Positions 50,236-63,600 of a stretch of 64,000 nt of DNA are shown here, one piece after another. This stretch comes from Chiloscyllium plagiosum. Taxonomy: Eukaryota. Below the pieces are notes generated by a model. It saw only the letters and a list, made by a program, of their open reading frames with translations, was not told the origin of the DNA and did not search any database. The first letter of the stretch is position 1. The number at the start of each line of letters is the position of its first letter. The translations under genes and the position numbers were made by a program. The stretch covers positions 3,478,345-3,542,344 of the forward strand of contig NC_057747.1 in NCBI RefSeq assembly GCF_004010195.1. Direction: 5' to 3'.

Positions 50236-50754
50236 TGACATCTGCCGAGACAGCAGGCATTCCCCAGCAAGCTGCATTGACGGTCGTGGTTTTCCAACTG
50301 CTCCTTCATGTCCAGTGAGCGCTCATCTCACCATTAAGATTAGGCTTTCAAAACGCCACAAGGGTTTACCTGATGGCACCTTGTACACTCAGGAAACCCA
50401 TATCCAGGGCATGTGTGCATTCCGTCTGCTTCAGTGCATTCAGAGAGAACACAATGAACGCTCCTCTGCTGCTCTTTTATCTCTCTGATATCACAATAAA
50501 TGACAAACTAGAATATCTTGGTTGTTGACGAATACACAAGGGAAGATTGGCAGGAGAGGAGTAAAAACCCATCTGGTTCACTAACAGCCTTCAGCAAGAA
50601 TATGTGCCATTATTACCTGGTTTGGTGTACATGAGAATCCAGATCCACAAAAACATGGTTCAATCTTCGCTGCTCTCTGAAATGGCATCGCATGTCACTT
50701 CTTTTAAGAGTAATTTTGGATGGGCAACTGAAGCTGGCCATGCTCAAGAAGTGT

Positions 50755-51035
50755 CATAGAATCACAGAACCATTGAACCCCTGCAACGTGGAAGCAGGCT
50801 ACTTGCCCATCGAGTTCACACCCACCCCAATATCCTATCCTTGGAATCCTGCATTTCCCATGGTTAACCCAACTAACCAGCACATCCCTGGTCAATATGG
50901 GCAATTTAGCCTGGCTAATGCACCTAACCTGCTTGGAATCTGGGAGGAAACAAGAGTACGCAGAGGAAACCCATGTAGACATGAGGACAATGTGCAAACT
51001 CAGCACAGACAGTCACCCAAAGGTGGAAATGAACC
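50755..51035 (-). mobile_element. HE1-like V-SINE, diverged
   Basis: tgggaggaaacaagagtacgcagaggaaacccatgtagaca...gtgcaaactcagcacagacagtcaccc. Confidence 0.75.
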
Positions 51036-51049
51036 AAGAATAAATAAAT

Positions 51050-51630
51050 AAGAACTCTCCCCGTGATATTCAATTTTTTTGCCATTTCTGAATAATAAAG
51101 CCTGTCCACTATCTACAAGGTACAAGTCAGGATTGCGATGAATAGTAGTCTCCATTTGTTTAGATGAGTGCAGCTCCAACAACACTCAAAAGCAGACTTT
51201 AAAAAGCAGTTCTCATTTGATCAGCACCTCATCAGCACCCCAGCTTCAATATTCACTCCCTCTATAACCAATGCATAGTTACAGCAGTGTGCATGGTCTA
51301 AAATACATGCCATAGCAATTTGCCATGCAACCTCAGCATCTAAATCTGCAACCTCAGCATCTAAGAAGAACAAGATCAGCAGATACATGAACACCACCAC
51401 TTCCAAGCCCCACACCCTCCTAACCTGGAAATATATCATTGTTCCTTCCCTGTCACTGGGTCAAAACCCTAGAGCTGTCTTCTTAGCAGCACTGTGGATG
51501 TAACTGGACCAGGAGGATGGCAATGATTCAAGAAGACAGCATACCATCACCTTCACAAGGGCGATGAGACACAGGCAATGAATGTTGGCCCAGACAGCAA
51601 TGTCCATTCCCCATGAGAGACTAAAAACAA
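51050..51630 (+). mobile_element. L2/CR1-group LINE 3' end
   Basis: ccactatctacaaggtacaagtcagga...caccaccacttccaag...ttcaagaagacagcataccatcaccttcacaagggc. Confidence 0.65.
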
Positions 51631-52446
51631 ACAACTGATCAGTAAATAACCTGCATGCTTTTGCCGGTCGGTTTTCGTTGTGCTGGAAGGGTTTCTTCCT
51701 GCTTCTGAACACTTGTGTCTATGTAGGAAGGAGTGTTACCTAGAGAAGTGAAGTCCTCTAGAATTGAATCAGTGTTAGGCACTGTTTGCTGTGACAATTA
51801 ACCCATTCTGCATGGATCCAAATGTCCTCACCAAGTTAAATTTGGCAATGACAATATGAGAAGTGAATACAAGTGGTCCAGATGTTTATTTCTAAAATGG
51901 CATCCAGAGCACCAAAACTGTTGATGATGTAAACTCTCTCACTATAAACTATCTCAGTTTAAAACCATCACTATAAACTCTAAATACAAATTCCCTCATT
52001 ATAGACTATTTTACTGTGACTTTTCTCAGTGTAAATTCATTTGGAACAGCTCTCTCACTGTCATCTCTCTCAATACAAGCTTTCTACATATAAATTTTTA
52101 TTATAAAAGTGATTAATCACCATAAGCTCATTAAAGCCTCAAACATCATAAACTAAATACAAATTCAATCACTATAAACTTATTTCCTATAAGTTCTTTC
52201 CCTATAAACTCTCACTGTAAACTTGGTGAAAATAAACTCAATCATTAAAAGCTCAAAATAAACAAAAATCTTTCAAAATATATGCTCACACGATACACAT
52301 CTCTTATCAGGTACAAAAGTAGAAGGGGTGGGGAAAAGGGGTTCCAGTAGGTGATGGAGAAAATGTGACATTTACTGAGTGGTGCCGAATGATTCTGAAT
52401 TAGTAGTGTTTTTGCAAGAAGAAAGTGAGATTTGTTGGAGATTGGG

Positions 52447-52902
52447 AGAGGCACAGCAGCTCAGTGGTTGGCACTGCTGCCTCACAGTTCCAGGAACTTG
52501 GGTATGATTTCACCCTAGGGTGACTGTCTTTGTGGAGTTTGTACATTCTCTCCATGTCTGCATAAATTTCCTTTGGATGCTCCAGTTTCCTCCCACAGTC
52601 CAAAGATGCACAGGCTAGATGGATTAGCCGTGGGAAATGCAGGGTCATAGGAATAGGAGTGGTGGGTCTGGGTGGGGTGCTCTTTAAAGCATGGGTGTGG
52701 ACTCAATGGGCTGAATGACCTTCTGGATTAGTGGTGCTGGAAGAGCACAGTAGTTCCGGCAGCATCCAAGGAGCAGCTCGTTGGATGCTGCCTGAACTGC
52801 TGTGCTCTTCCAGCACCACTAATCCAGAATCTGGTTTCCAGCATCTGCAGTCATTGTTTTTACCTACCTGAATGACCTTCTGCCAAACTGTAGGGATTCT
52901 AT
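52447..52902 (+). mobile_element. HE1-like V-SINE with a fold-back element in its tail
   Basis: Head GGCACAGCAGCTCAGTGGTTGGCACTGCTGCCTCACAG; the tail resumes at 52883. Confidence 0.82.
52721..52867. mobile_element. Fold-back Penelope-derived element, family A variant
   Basis: TTCTGGATTAGTGGTGCTGGAAGAGCACAG...GCATCCAAG and its reverse complement. Perfect TSD CTGAATGACCTTCTG at 52711-52725 and 52868-52882. Confidence 0.88.
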
Positions 52903-53859
52903 GGTGTGTGGACTAGCAAGATCGGAAAGTCAGCTGTACATTGGGTAGATTTAAACTTTTGCTGCTTTGAAGAGAAGTGGAACAGGTAGCCACACTCAAG
53001 GATATCAAGGGAAGACAGTAAAGGGCATCAATGACACAGGCAGCTGTGTAGCTAAGCAAACGGGCAGTTCTAGAGGTATTCTGGTCAGTGGAGAGTTGGG
53101 ACTGAAAACCAACTTGCAGGAAGAGCTGTATTTGTCCAAGGACACATACAGAAGGAAGTGACTTTGGAAAGGTGTAGAGAAATGTGAATGGAAGATACAG
53201 AAACAAGAGTTCAGAAATGGCCTGGTTAGTGAACGATTTCACTCCTGCACTCCTCGAGGTAACACTCCTTCCTAGATATACGGAAGTGTTCAGAAGCTGG
53301 AAGAAACCCTTCCAGCACAACTAAAACTGACCAGCAAAAACATGCAGGTTATTTACTGAGTAAGGAGGCCAGAGGAAATGAGAAGACAAGGAGTTGGTGA
53401 TTGATATGGTTCAGAGAGTTTTTATGAAGGAAGAAGATTTGCAAAATTGCTCATTATAAATTACCTCACTGCAATCTTTGTTGCTGTAAAACCTCATACT
53501 GTCCAGCCTTTACTAAAGATTTACTGACAGTAAATTTTCAAAGTAAATTTTCTTGTAATAAACTCACTCATTAGAACTCTCTCCCTGTAAATTCTATCAC
53601 CAGCACATGCACTGTAAACTATGTTAGAGTGTAAGCTTAATATTAACTCTCTCAATGTCAATGCTATGTAGTGTCTGACATTTAATTTAATTGGCAACAA
53701 TGGGACTGAATATCAATTGTTCCAGTGAAATGGCCACCAAGCCAATCCTTCCTGTTTTGTGTCACTGCTTAAAAGCAGGTTTCTAACTTCAGGTATGCAT
53801 AACTGAGACTGTAAATGGTGCAAATCTTCCTCTTATACCCATTTAGTAAAAAGATAGAG

Positions 53860-53995
53860 TGAAAGAAACAATGAAATGACAGAAGGAAGCAAGAAAGAAA
53901 GAGTAGGAGAAAAAGAAATTAAGAAGAAAATAAAAATAAGGAAAAAGTAAAGAAAGTAAGTAGGAAGGAGAAAGAAAATGAGAAAAGAAAGAAAG
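53860..53995. repeat. Purine-rich (GAAA/GGAA) low-complexity tract
   Basis: Direct inspection. Confidence 0.85.
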
Positions 53996-55049
53996 TTGCT
54001 TTATCCTGTGCTATTCACAACTTCAGGATTTTCAAAAGTTTTTTACAACCAATTCAGTACTTTTGAAGTTGGTTGCTGTTAGAAACGTTGACGAGAAATT
54101 CTTTCATCATAAGCTTCTCACTGCATCTTGCACTTGAGACTTTTGCAATACAAATTTTTAACATAACTTTCTCATCAAAAATTTTCACGATAACCTCTCA
54201 TGACACATTCACGACAGGACTTGTTTCATGACCTTTCTCGCAGTATACACATTCATTTTGAACTTTTGCTGTAAGTTGTCTCACTGCAATCTCTCTCACT
54301 ACCAAGTATGTTATATCGATGATCTCAAAGTAAATGTTTGTATAAGAAACTCCATCCTTAGATACACTTAGCATCAACCCTCAGAATAAAACTCCCAAAT
54401 TTTAAAATTCTCTCCCTATAAATTCAGTAAAATCTCTGACCTGGAAGTTGTCTTAATAAATATTCTTTCAGTTTGTAATAGTGTATCATATCATATGTTT
54501 AATATGAGAACTCATTAGCAATGTAACTATTCATTAATTCTGGTCCCTTGTTAAGGGTCACGCACAGATTTACCAGAACAATACTGGGATTTAATGTGTT
54601 ACATTGTGACAGGTGACTGGTTTGCTATCATGGTATGCTATTTAAAACAGTTGCTGAGCTGCTTAAAGAGACAGGCTTCTAAAGAAGTTTACATCAACAG
54701 TGCACTATCCAGGCAAAGTTAAACACTGGGTAGATTCCTGATTAATCTGCTTGCTTTGGAGTTATGAACTAGATATATATTGGCAGACAATGAACACAAC
54801 ACTATGGAATTAAGGGGTTCAAATGGGTTCTAGAAAAGACACCAAGCAGTTAATAGCTTGCATTCAGCTATGCCCCAGCTAAGCTTTTATGGGTCAGGGC
54901 AAACACATGTGGGTAGCTGTGATACATTGAGGAGTTCAGATGGATGATATGCAGGAATACAGGTGGGTAACAGTTGCTGATTCAGAATTCGTTCTTAGGA
55001 TATGGCAATATTGGTGCGGTGATATTCTTGAAAGAATTCTAGGATTTTC

Positions 55050-55310
55050 AGATTAATCAATCAAAACCTGCACCTCCATTCTAACTGATCAAAGATTTAA
55101 CAGCCATCTGAGGTTTGTTCAATACATTTGCATCAGTTGTATGGCCCTTCGATCTTTTACTTATGTGTTGAATGTCTCCTCTCTCACTAATACCTGAAGG
55201 AGTGAGGCTCCGAAAGCTTGTGTTTTCAAATAAACCTATTGGACCATAGCCTGGTGTCATGTGATGTTTGACCTTGTCCAACCCAGTCCAACACCAGTAC
55301 CTCCACATCG
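55050..55310 (+). mobile_element. Penelope-like 3' end/pLTR, family B
   Basis: ...TACCTGAAGGAGTGAGGCTCCGAAAGCTTGTG...ATAAACCTATTGGACCATAGCCTGGTGTC...CCAACACCAGTACCTCCACATC matches 40211-40333. Confidence 0.75.
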
Positions 55311-56456
55311 TGGGTAAAACCCATGGATATAATACCCTTAAGATTTTAGTTACTCAGCTGCATTGTTACAACAATTGTTTTCATGGTCACTTTTCGGTGC
55401 AAGTTTAAAGTTCTCCAAGTGCATTGAATTCAGTTACACTGCCACACTTGAATGATGGTCTATAATATTGTGGTTATTGCAGGCTTCAGTACTCTTCACT
55501 TAGACCCAGACGATCCTGAAAATATACACACAGGAAAGGGTTTTACCAAAAATATGTATTGATATAGCACCTTTATGATAATTGGACATTTCAGTCACTT
55601 CTTCGGAGCACCAAAAAGAAAATTTCAACATGAGCCACATAAGGAGATAGTTGGGCAAAAGATGACCAGGTATAATTTATGAAGAGTCTTAACTTAGGCA
55701 AGCGATGTCAAACTGTGTAAAAGTGGAGGGATGTAATTGCAGAGTTTAAGGCCTAGACAAATGAAGGTACATCCACCACTGGTGACTTGATTGAAATTTG
55801 GGAATGCCCAAGGCTGAAAATGGTGAATGCGGATATCTCAGAAGGTTTTGGGACTGCAGAGATCACACAGATAGGGTGTAGTAGAGCCATGACTTGAAAT
55901 GTAAACCAAGATGAGAACTGTAAAATTGAGAGATTGCTTTACTCAGAGGGAATATGGGATTTCCAGAAAGTAAAAGCTCATGATGTAGGGGCTGGTACAC
56001 TGGCATGCATAGAAGATAAGCTGGCTAACATCCGCCATGGTGGGATTTGGCCCAAGGTGCACAGAACATTATCTAGGTCTCTGGATTAATAGTCCAGAGA
56101 TATTATCACTAGGCCATCGCATCCCCAACTTGAGCACAGCAAGATCACACAGTAACAATTTAAAAATGAAAAGAAAATCCACTTTATTTTCTATCATTGT
56201 GAGTGATTATCATTCAAGGGCAATGATGAGAACTCTCCTGCTCTTCTTTAATACAATTTTTACAGGATCATTTATATTCACTTAAAAAACTATAAAGGCC
56301 TCAACTTAATGTCTGAACACAGCACCTCCAAAAATACAAGCTTCCCTCAATCCAGTGCTGGGATATATTTTGTGCTCAAGTTAAATATTTGCTGCTGAAC
56401 CACCAGATTTAGAGACGTGACTGTGACAGGCTGAACCACTGCAGCTTTTGAGTATT

Positions 56457-56487
56457 TGTGTGTATGTGTGTGTGTGTGTGTGTGTGT
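56457..56487. repeat. (TG)n microsatellite about 60 nt into the intron after the 176-nt exon
   Basis: Direct inspection. Confidence 0.9.
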
Positions 56488-56547
56488 AAACACACCTGAA
56501 GGATAAACTCCTCTCGCACAAAATATTCACACAGCAGAGCGTCTTAC

Positions 56548-56723
56548 CTGTTCTGATTTGATATGTTCGCCAGCGTTGAAGACATCTGAATAGTGTTGCC
56601 GCTCAAAGACGCGTTCCAGAGCCTCCAACTGCTGCTGGGCAAACGCTTCACTCCGCAGCTGCTTCCGTACACTCTCCGCAGTTCCCTGAGAATCACCATT
56701 TGGCCCAGAGGCATCCTGGGTAT
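56548..56723 (-). CDS. pax2: Pax2/5/8-family gene, partial-homeodomain exon (176 nt, phase 1->0): (D)[58 protein letters not shown]
   Basis: Manual reverse-complement translation. Acceptor tcctcttcctcttAG (AG at 56724-56725) and donor GTAAGA. FxQQQLEALxRVFER and HIKSEQ are the Pax2/5/8 partial homeodomain motifs. Paralog assignment is less certain than family assignment. Confidence 0.93.
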
Positions 56724-57144
56724 CTAAGAGGAAGAGGACACAAACTGCATTTTATGTTTTTTTTTGTCTGAATTGTAAAGGGGGTTTTCTTAACATTTTA
56801 AATAAAATGCTGAACAGGCTGAAGAATATTAACATTGCCCTCGAGAGACTTCTGCCCTTGAGAAAGCAGCTGAATTCTCAACCCAGGAGGAAAAGAAATG
56901 CCGAAATGTGTTCGAAAGACACATGTAATGGTCCAACTTGAATTGGAATTTCAAGGATGGAGGACCAGTAGCCCAACACCTTCATTTCCCAGTTACTGTG
57001 GATTTTATTAAACTGGTTTTTCCCGCTGTCATAATCTATATCGACATGACTACGTAGTCCTTAAGTGAAGTTAGAGATTAATATCGGATGCAACAGGACA
57101 GTTTCACAGGGTGCTTCCTTGCCCTGAAGACTGTTCTACATTTA

Positions 57145-57580
57145 GAACCATAGAGTCACACAGACCCTTCATTCCAACTCACCCATGTCAACCAAGTATC
57201 CTAAACTGAGCTAGTCCCACTTGCTTGTGTTTGGCCCACATCCCTCTCAAGCTTTCTATTCAAATACCTGTCCAAATGTTTCTTTAAATATTGTAATTGT
57301 ATCCACTCCAACACTTCCTCTGGCAGTTCATTCCATATACTTCCCTCTGTAAAATATTGCCCCTCACATCCCTTTTAAATCTTTATCCTCTCACATTAAA
57401 CCTACACCTTCTAGTTTTAGACTCCTGTACCCTGGGGAAAAGACCTTGGCTGTTCACCTGATCTCTGCCTCTCATGATTTTATAAACCTCTACAAGGCCA
57501 CCCCTCAGCCTCCTATGTTTAAGGGAAAATGAGTCCCAGCCCATCCAGCCTCTCATTATAACTCAGATCCTCCATCTTCT
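57145..57580 (-). mobile_element. CR1 LINE 3' end
   Basis: Reverse CR1 tail and ORF2 end (ctcatgattttataaacctctacaaggccacccctcagcctcc). Confidence 0.85.
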
Positions 57581-58309
57581 GACGGAGCAGGTGCTAAAGA
57601 CCTTTCTTCCAACGATATGACAGTGCTGATGATATCATTGAGATGTGACTGCCGTTTTAACCTGAATGAGAAGCAATGGGTAAAGTTCAGCTTTGACATC
57701 AGCCCAAAATGAGACACGTGTTAGATACGCGGCCTGATATTCTGTTCCGAACTGCAAGCAATACTGCATTTGCAAGTTATCACTTTTGCTAAAAGGCTCT
57801 TGTTCAATCTCTGTGCATTTCCCAATGGATAAACACAGCAGGGAAACATTTTGGATTGAAGACTTATGAATCGTGAAAGAAGATTAAATTAAAGAGGACC
57901 CGACAACTGTTGAGGTGATCCCAGGTTAAATCAGATCCTGCAGAAGGATCACTAAACCCGAAAGGTTAATTCTGTTTCAGTCTCCACAGATCATGCCAGA
58001 CCTGCTGAGTTTCTCCAACAATTTCTGTTTTTGTTCTGATTTCCAGCGTCCACAATTCTTTCAGTTTTAAATCAGATCCTTATCTGCAAGCTATTGAGTC
58101 AAGCCTGATTCCATCTCCACATGATTTAACTCTGAGGGCAGATCCTTTAGATTTGAGGACTGGTTGTGGAGTGATGAATTTGTGACTTGCTGTTCAAAGA
58201 GGGGCAGCTATGACCTAGATGGGTCATAGGTATGACAAGCTGACAAATCCCTCAATGCCTGGTTACACAGGTCATTACACAACTGCTCCTTGAACGTCCT
58301 CAGCCCCAG

Positions 58310-58809
58310 NNNNNNNNNNNNNNNNNNNNNNNNNNNNNNNNNNNNNNNNNNNNNNNNNNNNNNNNNNNNNNNNNNNNNNNNNNNNNNNNNNNNNNNNNNN
58401 NNNNNNNNNNNNNNNNNNNNNNNNNNNNNNNNNNNNNNNNNNNNNNNNNNNNNNNNNNNNNNNNNNNNNNNNNNNNNNNNNNNNNNNNNNNNNNNNNNNN
58501 NNNNNNNNNNNNNNNNNNNNNNNNNNNNNNNNNNNNNNNNNNNNNNNNNNNNNNNNNNNNNNNNNNNNNNNNNNNNNNNNNNNNNNNNNNNNNNNNNNNN
58601 NNNNNNNNNNNNNNNNNNNNNNNNNNNNNNNNNNNNNNNNNNNNNNNNNNNNNNNNNNNNNNNNNNNNNNNNNNNNNNNNNNNNNNNNNNNNNNNNNNNN
58701 NNNNNNNNNNNNNNNNNNNNNNNNNNNNNNNNNNNNNNNNNNNNNNNNNNNNNNNNNNNNNNNNNNNNNNNNNNNNNNNNNNNNNNNNNNNNNNNNNNNN
58801 NNNNNNNNN
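58310..58809. other. Assembly gap (N run)
   Basis: Run of N. Confidence 1.
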
Positions 58810-59589
58810 GGAGGGCGAAGGGAATGCCCAAGCTTAATTTTGCCACCCCACTACCAATTGAGACCCTGAAGCCTTCAATTAATAATGACTTGAGAGCCTC
58901 ATCCCAGCTGAGCTGCAATTAATTTGAATTCAGGCAGGATGAGGAGGAGTCAGCCTGTCTGACTGCTAACCCAGTGCAGCCAAGTTGTCAGTTTGGGTTC
59001 CTCAATCTGCAAGGGTCTGGAACTTGGGTAAAGTTGGCTGCTGAGAGTCAGCTCCAAGCTCCTCCTTTACTGCCTTGTACACCTCTCTCTGTCATCCCAA
59101 CACTGGAAAGCAGCACCAATGTTTCTTGGTGATGATCCTCCATCTGGGGTTTTAGTTGGTGGTATCCCACTATTCTACTACTGAGTCCTAGAGCTTCTAA
59201 CTTCTGACAGTCCAGCAGTAACGGGCTGGCGGGACTTCCAGCTCTGGGGCTGTAATTCTGAAAGAAATCTTTCCAGCAGTCTGCCTATTGGAAGATGCAG
59301 CAGGCTTCCATTACCTCTGTAGGCCGCAGGGTTCCCTCTTGGAGATTTTTCCACATTTAGTCCAAATAAAATGGGAAAATCTGGCCAAAGTCCTTTTTCG
59401 CCACAAATGAAGATCTTGACGACTCACTTTAATCATGAAATAGGCATCTGTAGGGCCTCAGATATAAAAGACCAGTGAAGGCAGGTCCTGGTGCTTACTT
59501 CATAGTTTTATGCTCAGGAGCTCAGTTTTGTAAAACTCACCCAAGCACTTACAAGTGGGTGAACCTGCCATTAATTATGTAAAATTACA

Positions 59590-60660
59590 TAGAATGCAGA
59601 GAGCAGAAACAGCCCAAGTGACCCAATTGGCATCTGCTGGCATTTGTGTTGCACACCCTCCCACTCCTTTACATCTAACCGTATCAGTATAATCCTCCAT
59701 TTCCTTTCTCTATATCATGTATTCATAGAGTCAAAGAGATCTATGACCTTTTAGCCCATTGTTACTGTGCCAGTCAGAAACAAGCACCAACCATTCTCAT
59801 CCCATTTTTCAGCATCTGGCCCATGGTCTTGTATGCCTTGGCATCACAAGTGTACACCTAATTACTTTTGAAATGTTATGCAGGCTTCTGCATCTAGCAC
59901 CTTTACGGTGAGTTTCTGATTCCCACCACCCTCTGCGTTATTCAACTCAATTTTGCATCATGGTAGTTGGTATCCTACCACTTTCCAGCACTAGGCCCAC
60001 AACCTTGAACACTATGACATTTTAAGTGCTCAACCACGTGCTTTTTAAAGGCTGTAAGATTTCCTGCATTTACTGCCCTCTCAGGCAGTGCACTCGCTGT
60101 CCTTTAGGTTGGAATATCGCAAATCCCCTGTAAACTTTTTGCCCTCTTGTTATTGATCCTTCAACTGAGGGTCATGCTTTCCATGACCCTCAATCTTATT
60201 CACCCCGATCTGATAGCTCCCAGTCTTCTCTGCTCTAAAGAAAACAACCCCAAGCTTATCCAGTCTCTCTTCTGAGCTGGATTACTCCATGCCAGGCAAT
60301 GTCCTGGTGAATCTCCTCTGCACCCTCTCCAATGCATCATGTCCTTCCTATAGTGCAGTGACTAGAATTGCACACGTACTCCAGCTGTGGCCTCACCAAA
60401 GTTCTTTATAGCTTCCTGCTCTGATGCTCTTGCATTATATTCAAATGAATACCCTACTGCTTTTATTACAGCTACTTACAACAGACAAAGCTTAATTTTG
60501 CATTTGCTCATAATTGGAAACATTTTATCTGTATTTATCCATTCAAAGCCTTTTGTAATCTTAATAATTTCTATTGAACCACCCTTCAATCTTCGTTATT
60601 CCGGAGATAAAAATCCACAACCTGTTCAGCCTTCCCTGATAGTTGAACAGTCCCACCTGC
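59590..60660 (-). mobile_element. Cluster of nested CR1 LINE 3' fragments
   Basis: Several reverse tails plus ctggtgaatctcctctgcaccctctccaatgc...agaattgcacacgtactccagctgtggcctcacc. Confidence 0.8.
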
Positions 60661-63600
60661 CTCAGAGATGTGTCGTAACATCTTTGAACACATTAATTAA
60701 AATAACTATACCCATTGTTGGGTTCTTGCGATGCTGAGGTAGTGCCCGAACCTCTGAACCAGGAGGCTCTGCTCCACAGTTTTGTAATAACACCTCTGAA
60801 CAGGATGATTGAAAATATATATATCAAGTGACATGGTCAGCGTTGTGAGCAATTCACCCCCTAATCCACACAGCACTCGGACAGAGGGGCTGCTCTGCAG
60901 CTATCATCCAACACTTCAGTCATGATGTTCAGGAGAACAAGTTGGGCATACGGGTCTGAATTGTGTTGTGAAGTCTTGGATGTCACCTACTGGCTGAATA
61001 TCCAACGGCAGACCTGCACTGCCTCTTCCAGCAGAAGGCCCATCGAAACACATGCCAATCAGGCAGATAGGAAGGCACCATCATATGTCTCGGAATCAAG
61101 ACTCCTGGGACAGAAATCTGATCCAGAGTGAGCTGCTGGCCAATCAGAGGCCATCAGCTCATGTACTCAGCAATGTCATGGCAGTCTCTGGGCATGGAAC
61201 AGCTGCATCAGAGATCTAGGATAAAGATCAGTGATCTGTGGGGAAGTGGGGTTTCTCAGATTAGGGGGGAAGGGATGACAATGATAAAAGTTGGCTCCTC
61301 GTGAGCACCCATCCTCAAAAGTCCAGTTCCTTCATCAGGCAACAACTGCCTTTGATTGAGCGACACAGCCCCCTCCCCAAAGTGACAAACTCCCCACACA
61401 GTTAGACCTGTTGAGTACATCATATGGTGGTGGGCAGCTGGCTTAATCCCCAGCCTTTAACTGGCTGCCTAATTCTTTCAATATCTGGGGCTGAAGTGTG
61501 TCTTTCTCACCGATGGTGAAGATCGGAAATTGGTAGGGTTTGTGTCCATCATCACTCTGCCTCACTTAGTGGCTTTCCCACCCTCAAAACACAGAGGATT
61601 GTCATGGTGACAATGCAAAGTGTCTAAGCCTGTGAGCAACTCTCCTATAAGTGTGAACTGGCCCCATACTTTTATAAACACGCAAAGCATTACATAAATC
61701 CATTGCCTATCGCACAGGAGCTGAATATAACGTTATCTATTACATTGATAGGGAACATGGATTTTACAGTCAAAACTCTTTATATTTTAATTCTCAATTT
61801 TAAATTGTTCTTTTCCAAGATCAAGTCCAATGCTGAAGGCACAGATGCTGGCCTGCATTTAATCTTGCTCCATTCGTCTGAATCCTCCTCCCCCCACCCC
61901 CCATCCTCCTCTTTGCACCTGATTCTAATGCATGGTATCTTTCCTTCCCTCGATCACAAGCAGCCTCTTAAATCTCTTCCAACTGTCAGCCATCTCTCTC
62001 AGTGCAGGATGTGGCACTCTCAGTTTAGTCTGGGGCTTCTGATACCAACAAATCTGTCATTCTAAATTTGCTGCAGATTATGTTCTCTTTTCAATGCAGG
62101 GTGATATATGATATGCAAGGCCCTATTGATTGCCTGATCTTGTGGCAAAGGCTCCAGAAATGAACTTGAAATGAACATCATGCTTCAACTCATTGTGCGT
62201 ATAATACTCTACTTAATCCCGCATTTTTCACTGCTATGGAATTCAATTGATCAATCATGTTTCACTGATAGTACCATTTCAGGGTGTTATTGCTGTTCCA
62301 TTTCAAGGCTTGACCTTTCCTTGGCTAGGCCAGGAGATGAGCTTAAACCAACTCGGGGAAAGAAAGCACCATCTCCTCATAGCAAGTCACTACATTTGTA
62401 TTGAACCTGCTATTTTTACTTCTTACTTTAGTCTGTGTGGGGTCAATATCAGAACCCCGTGCACGGTGTGTGGTCCATACAAACAGAACTATATGTCTAA
62501 GATTGTAAGAGGGCGCTCATTGAGGATGTTGGCTGTGAGGTTAATCATGATGGCAATTCACGCCTGAGTCATTTCAAGATGTGTGGGGTGAAATACAGCC
62601 TAGCATCTAATCGAGGGATCCAGGTAGTTTAACAAAGTCCAGAGACTGAGTTACATCTAGGATCTAATTGAGGGTTTTAGATGCAGAATAATGAATGCCC
62701 TATACTGGGTTACAGACTGAGATCCTATCAAAGGGGTATAATTGAATCCTACACAGAACAATGGATTACAAGGAGTAGTCACATGCTAGTATCTAATAAT
62801 GGGGGGAGCTGGTTGGGTGGGAGTGAAGGGGTAGGGGATTTGGTTGTTGGTGACCAGCATTATATGCTGAAGACACAGTTCATTTGTTATCCTGAAATCT
62901 GAAAAGTGACAACCAATTTAGCCGTGTAGAAAGGCCCTGAATGAGCCTTTATTTAAAACGACTGAGGACATTTTTCTTCACTAAAGATGCCATACAAATG
63001 CACTTTGTTGTTGTTGCAGAAGTAGCATTGTATCTGTAAACACGTGAACTCTTATTAATTATGGTGTGAAATACAGGTGATGTCATCCAATCTGGACAGA
63101 CTTCATTCTACATTTGTAAGTCGTTGAAGTATAATTATTAAGTGTGAGCTGTGAAAGGGTTAATGAGGAAATAAATTATTTTATATTGTTGACAGCAACC
63201 TTTTTAAAAGGTACTCCTAAAGTTATCTCAGATCCACCCACAGAGGAGAATGCTACAGCTGTGTCCAAGTCACTGAGGAATAAATGTATCTCTTTCTCGG
63301 TCAGCTCCTGCATATCTATTAAACAAATCTTTGTTGGCCTCAATGAACACATTTGTACTTTCTTTTCCATGTCAAATCGTATCAGTTACAATATAGATAG
63401 CATCTCAGGGATATGGCCACGGATCTGTGTTGCTGTCTCAGTACAGGCTTTTCCTGGACGACTCCCTTGGGGCCTTTCACACTGGCACCAGTTGTTGCTG
63501 TATCAAACTCAATTGTTCTCCTCGGTACAGAAACAAATAGAGTCATTAATTACTCTCTATCAGCCTGGGTCTACTACATAGGACAATCGATATAAGGCAT

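Larger units (their letters stand above)
51930..54440. repeat. Decayed ~15-bp minisatellite (approximate unit TAAACTCTCTCACTA) in three blocks: ~51930-52245, ~53455-53660, ~54100-54440
   Basis: Recurrent gtaaactctctcactataaact, cactataaact, ctctcactgtaaact, ctctccctataaatt. Confidence 0.65.

Noticed and set aside
58208-58229. 8-bp hairpin CTATGACC...GGTCATAG (similar one near 48295-48320)
   Set aside because: Short enough to be expected by chance in 64 kb.
63144-63581. 145-aa ORF in the repeat-poor region
   Set aside because: Non-ATG start, antisense to the host gene, and no recognisable domain.
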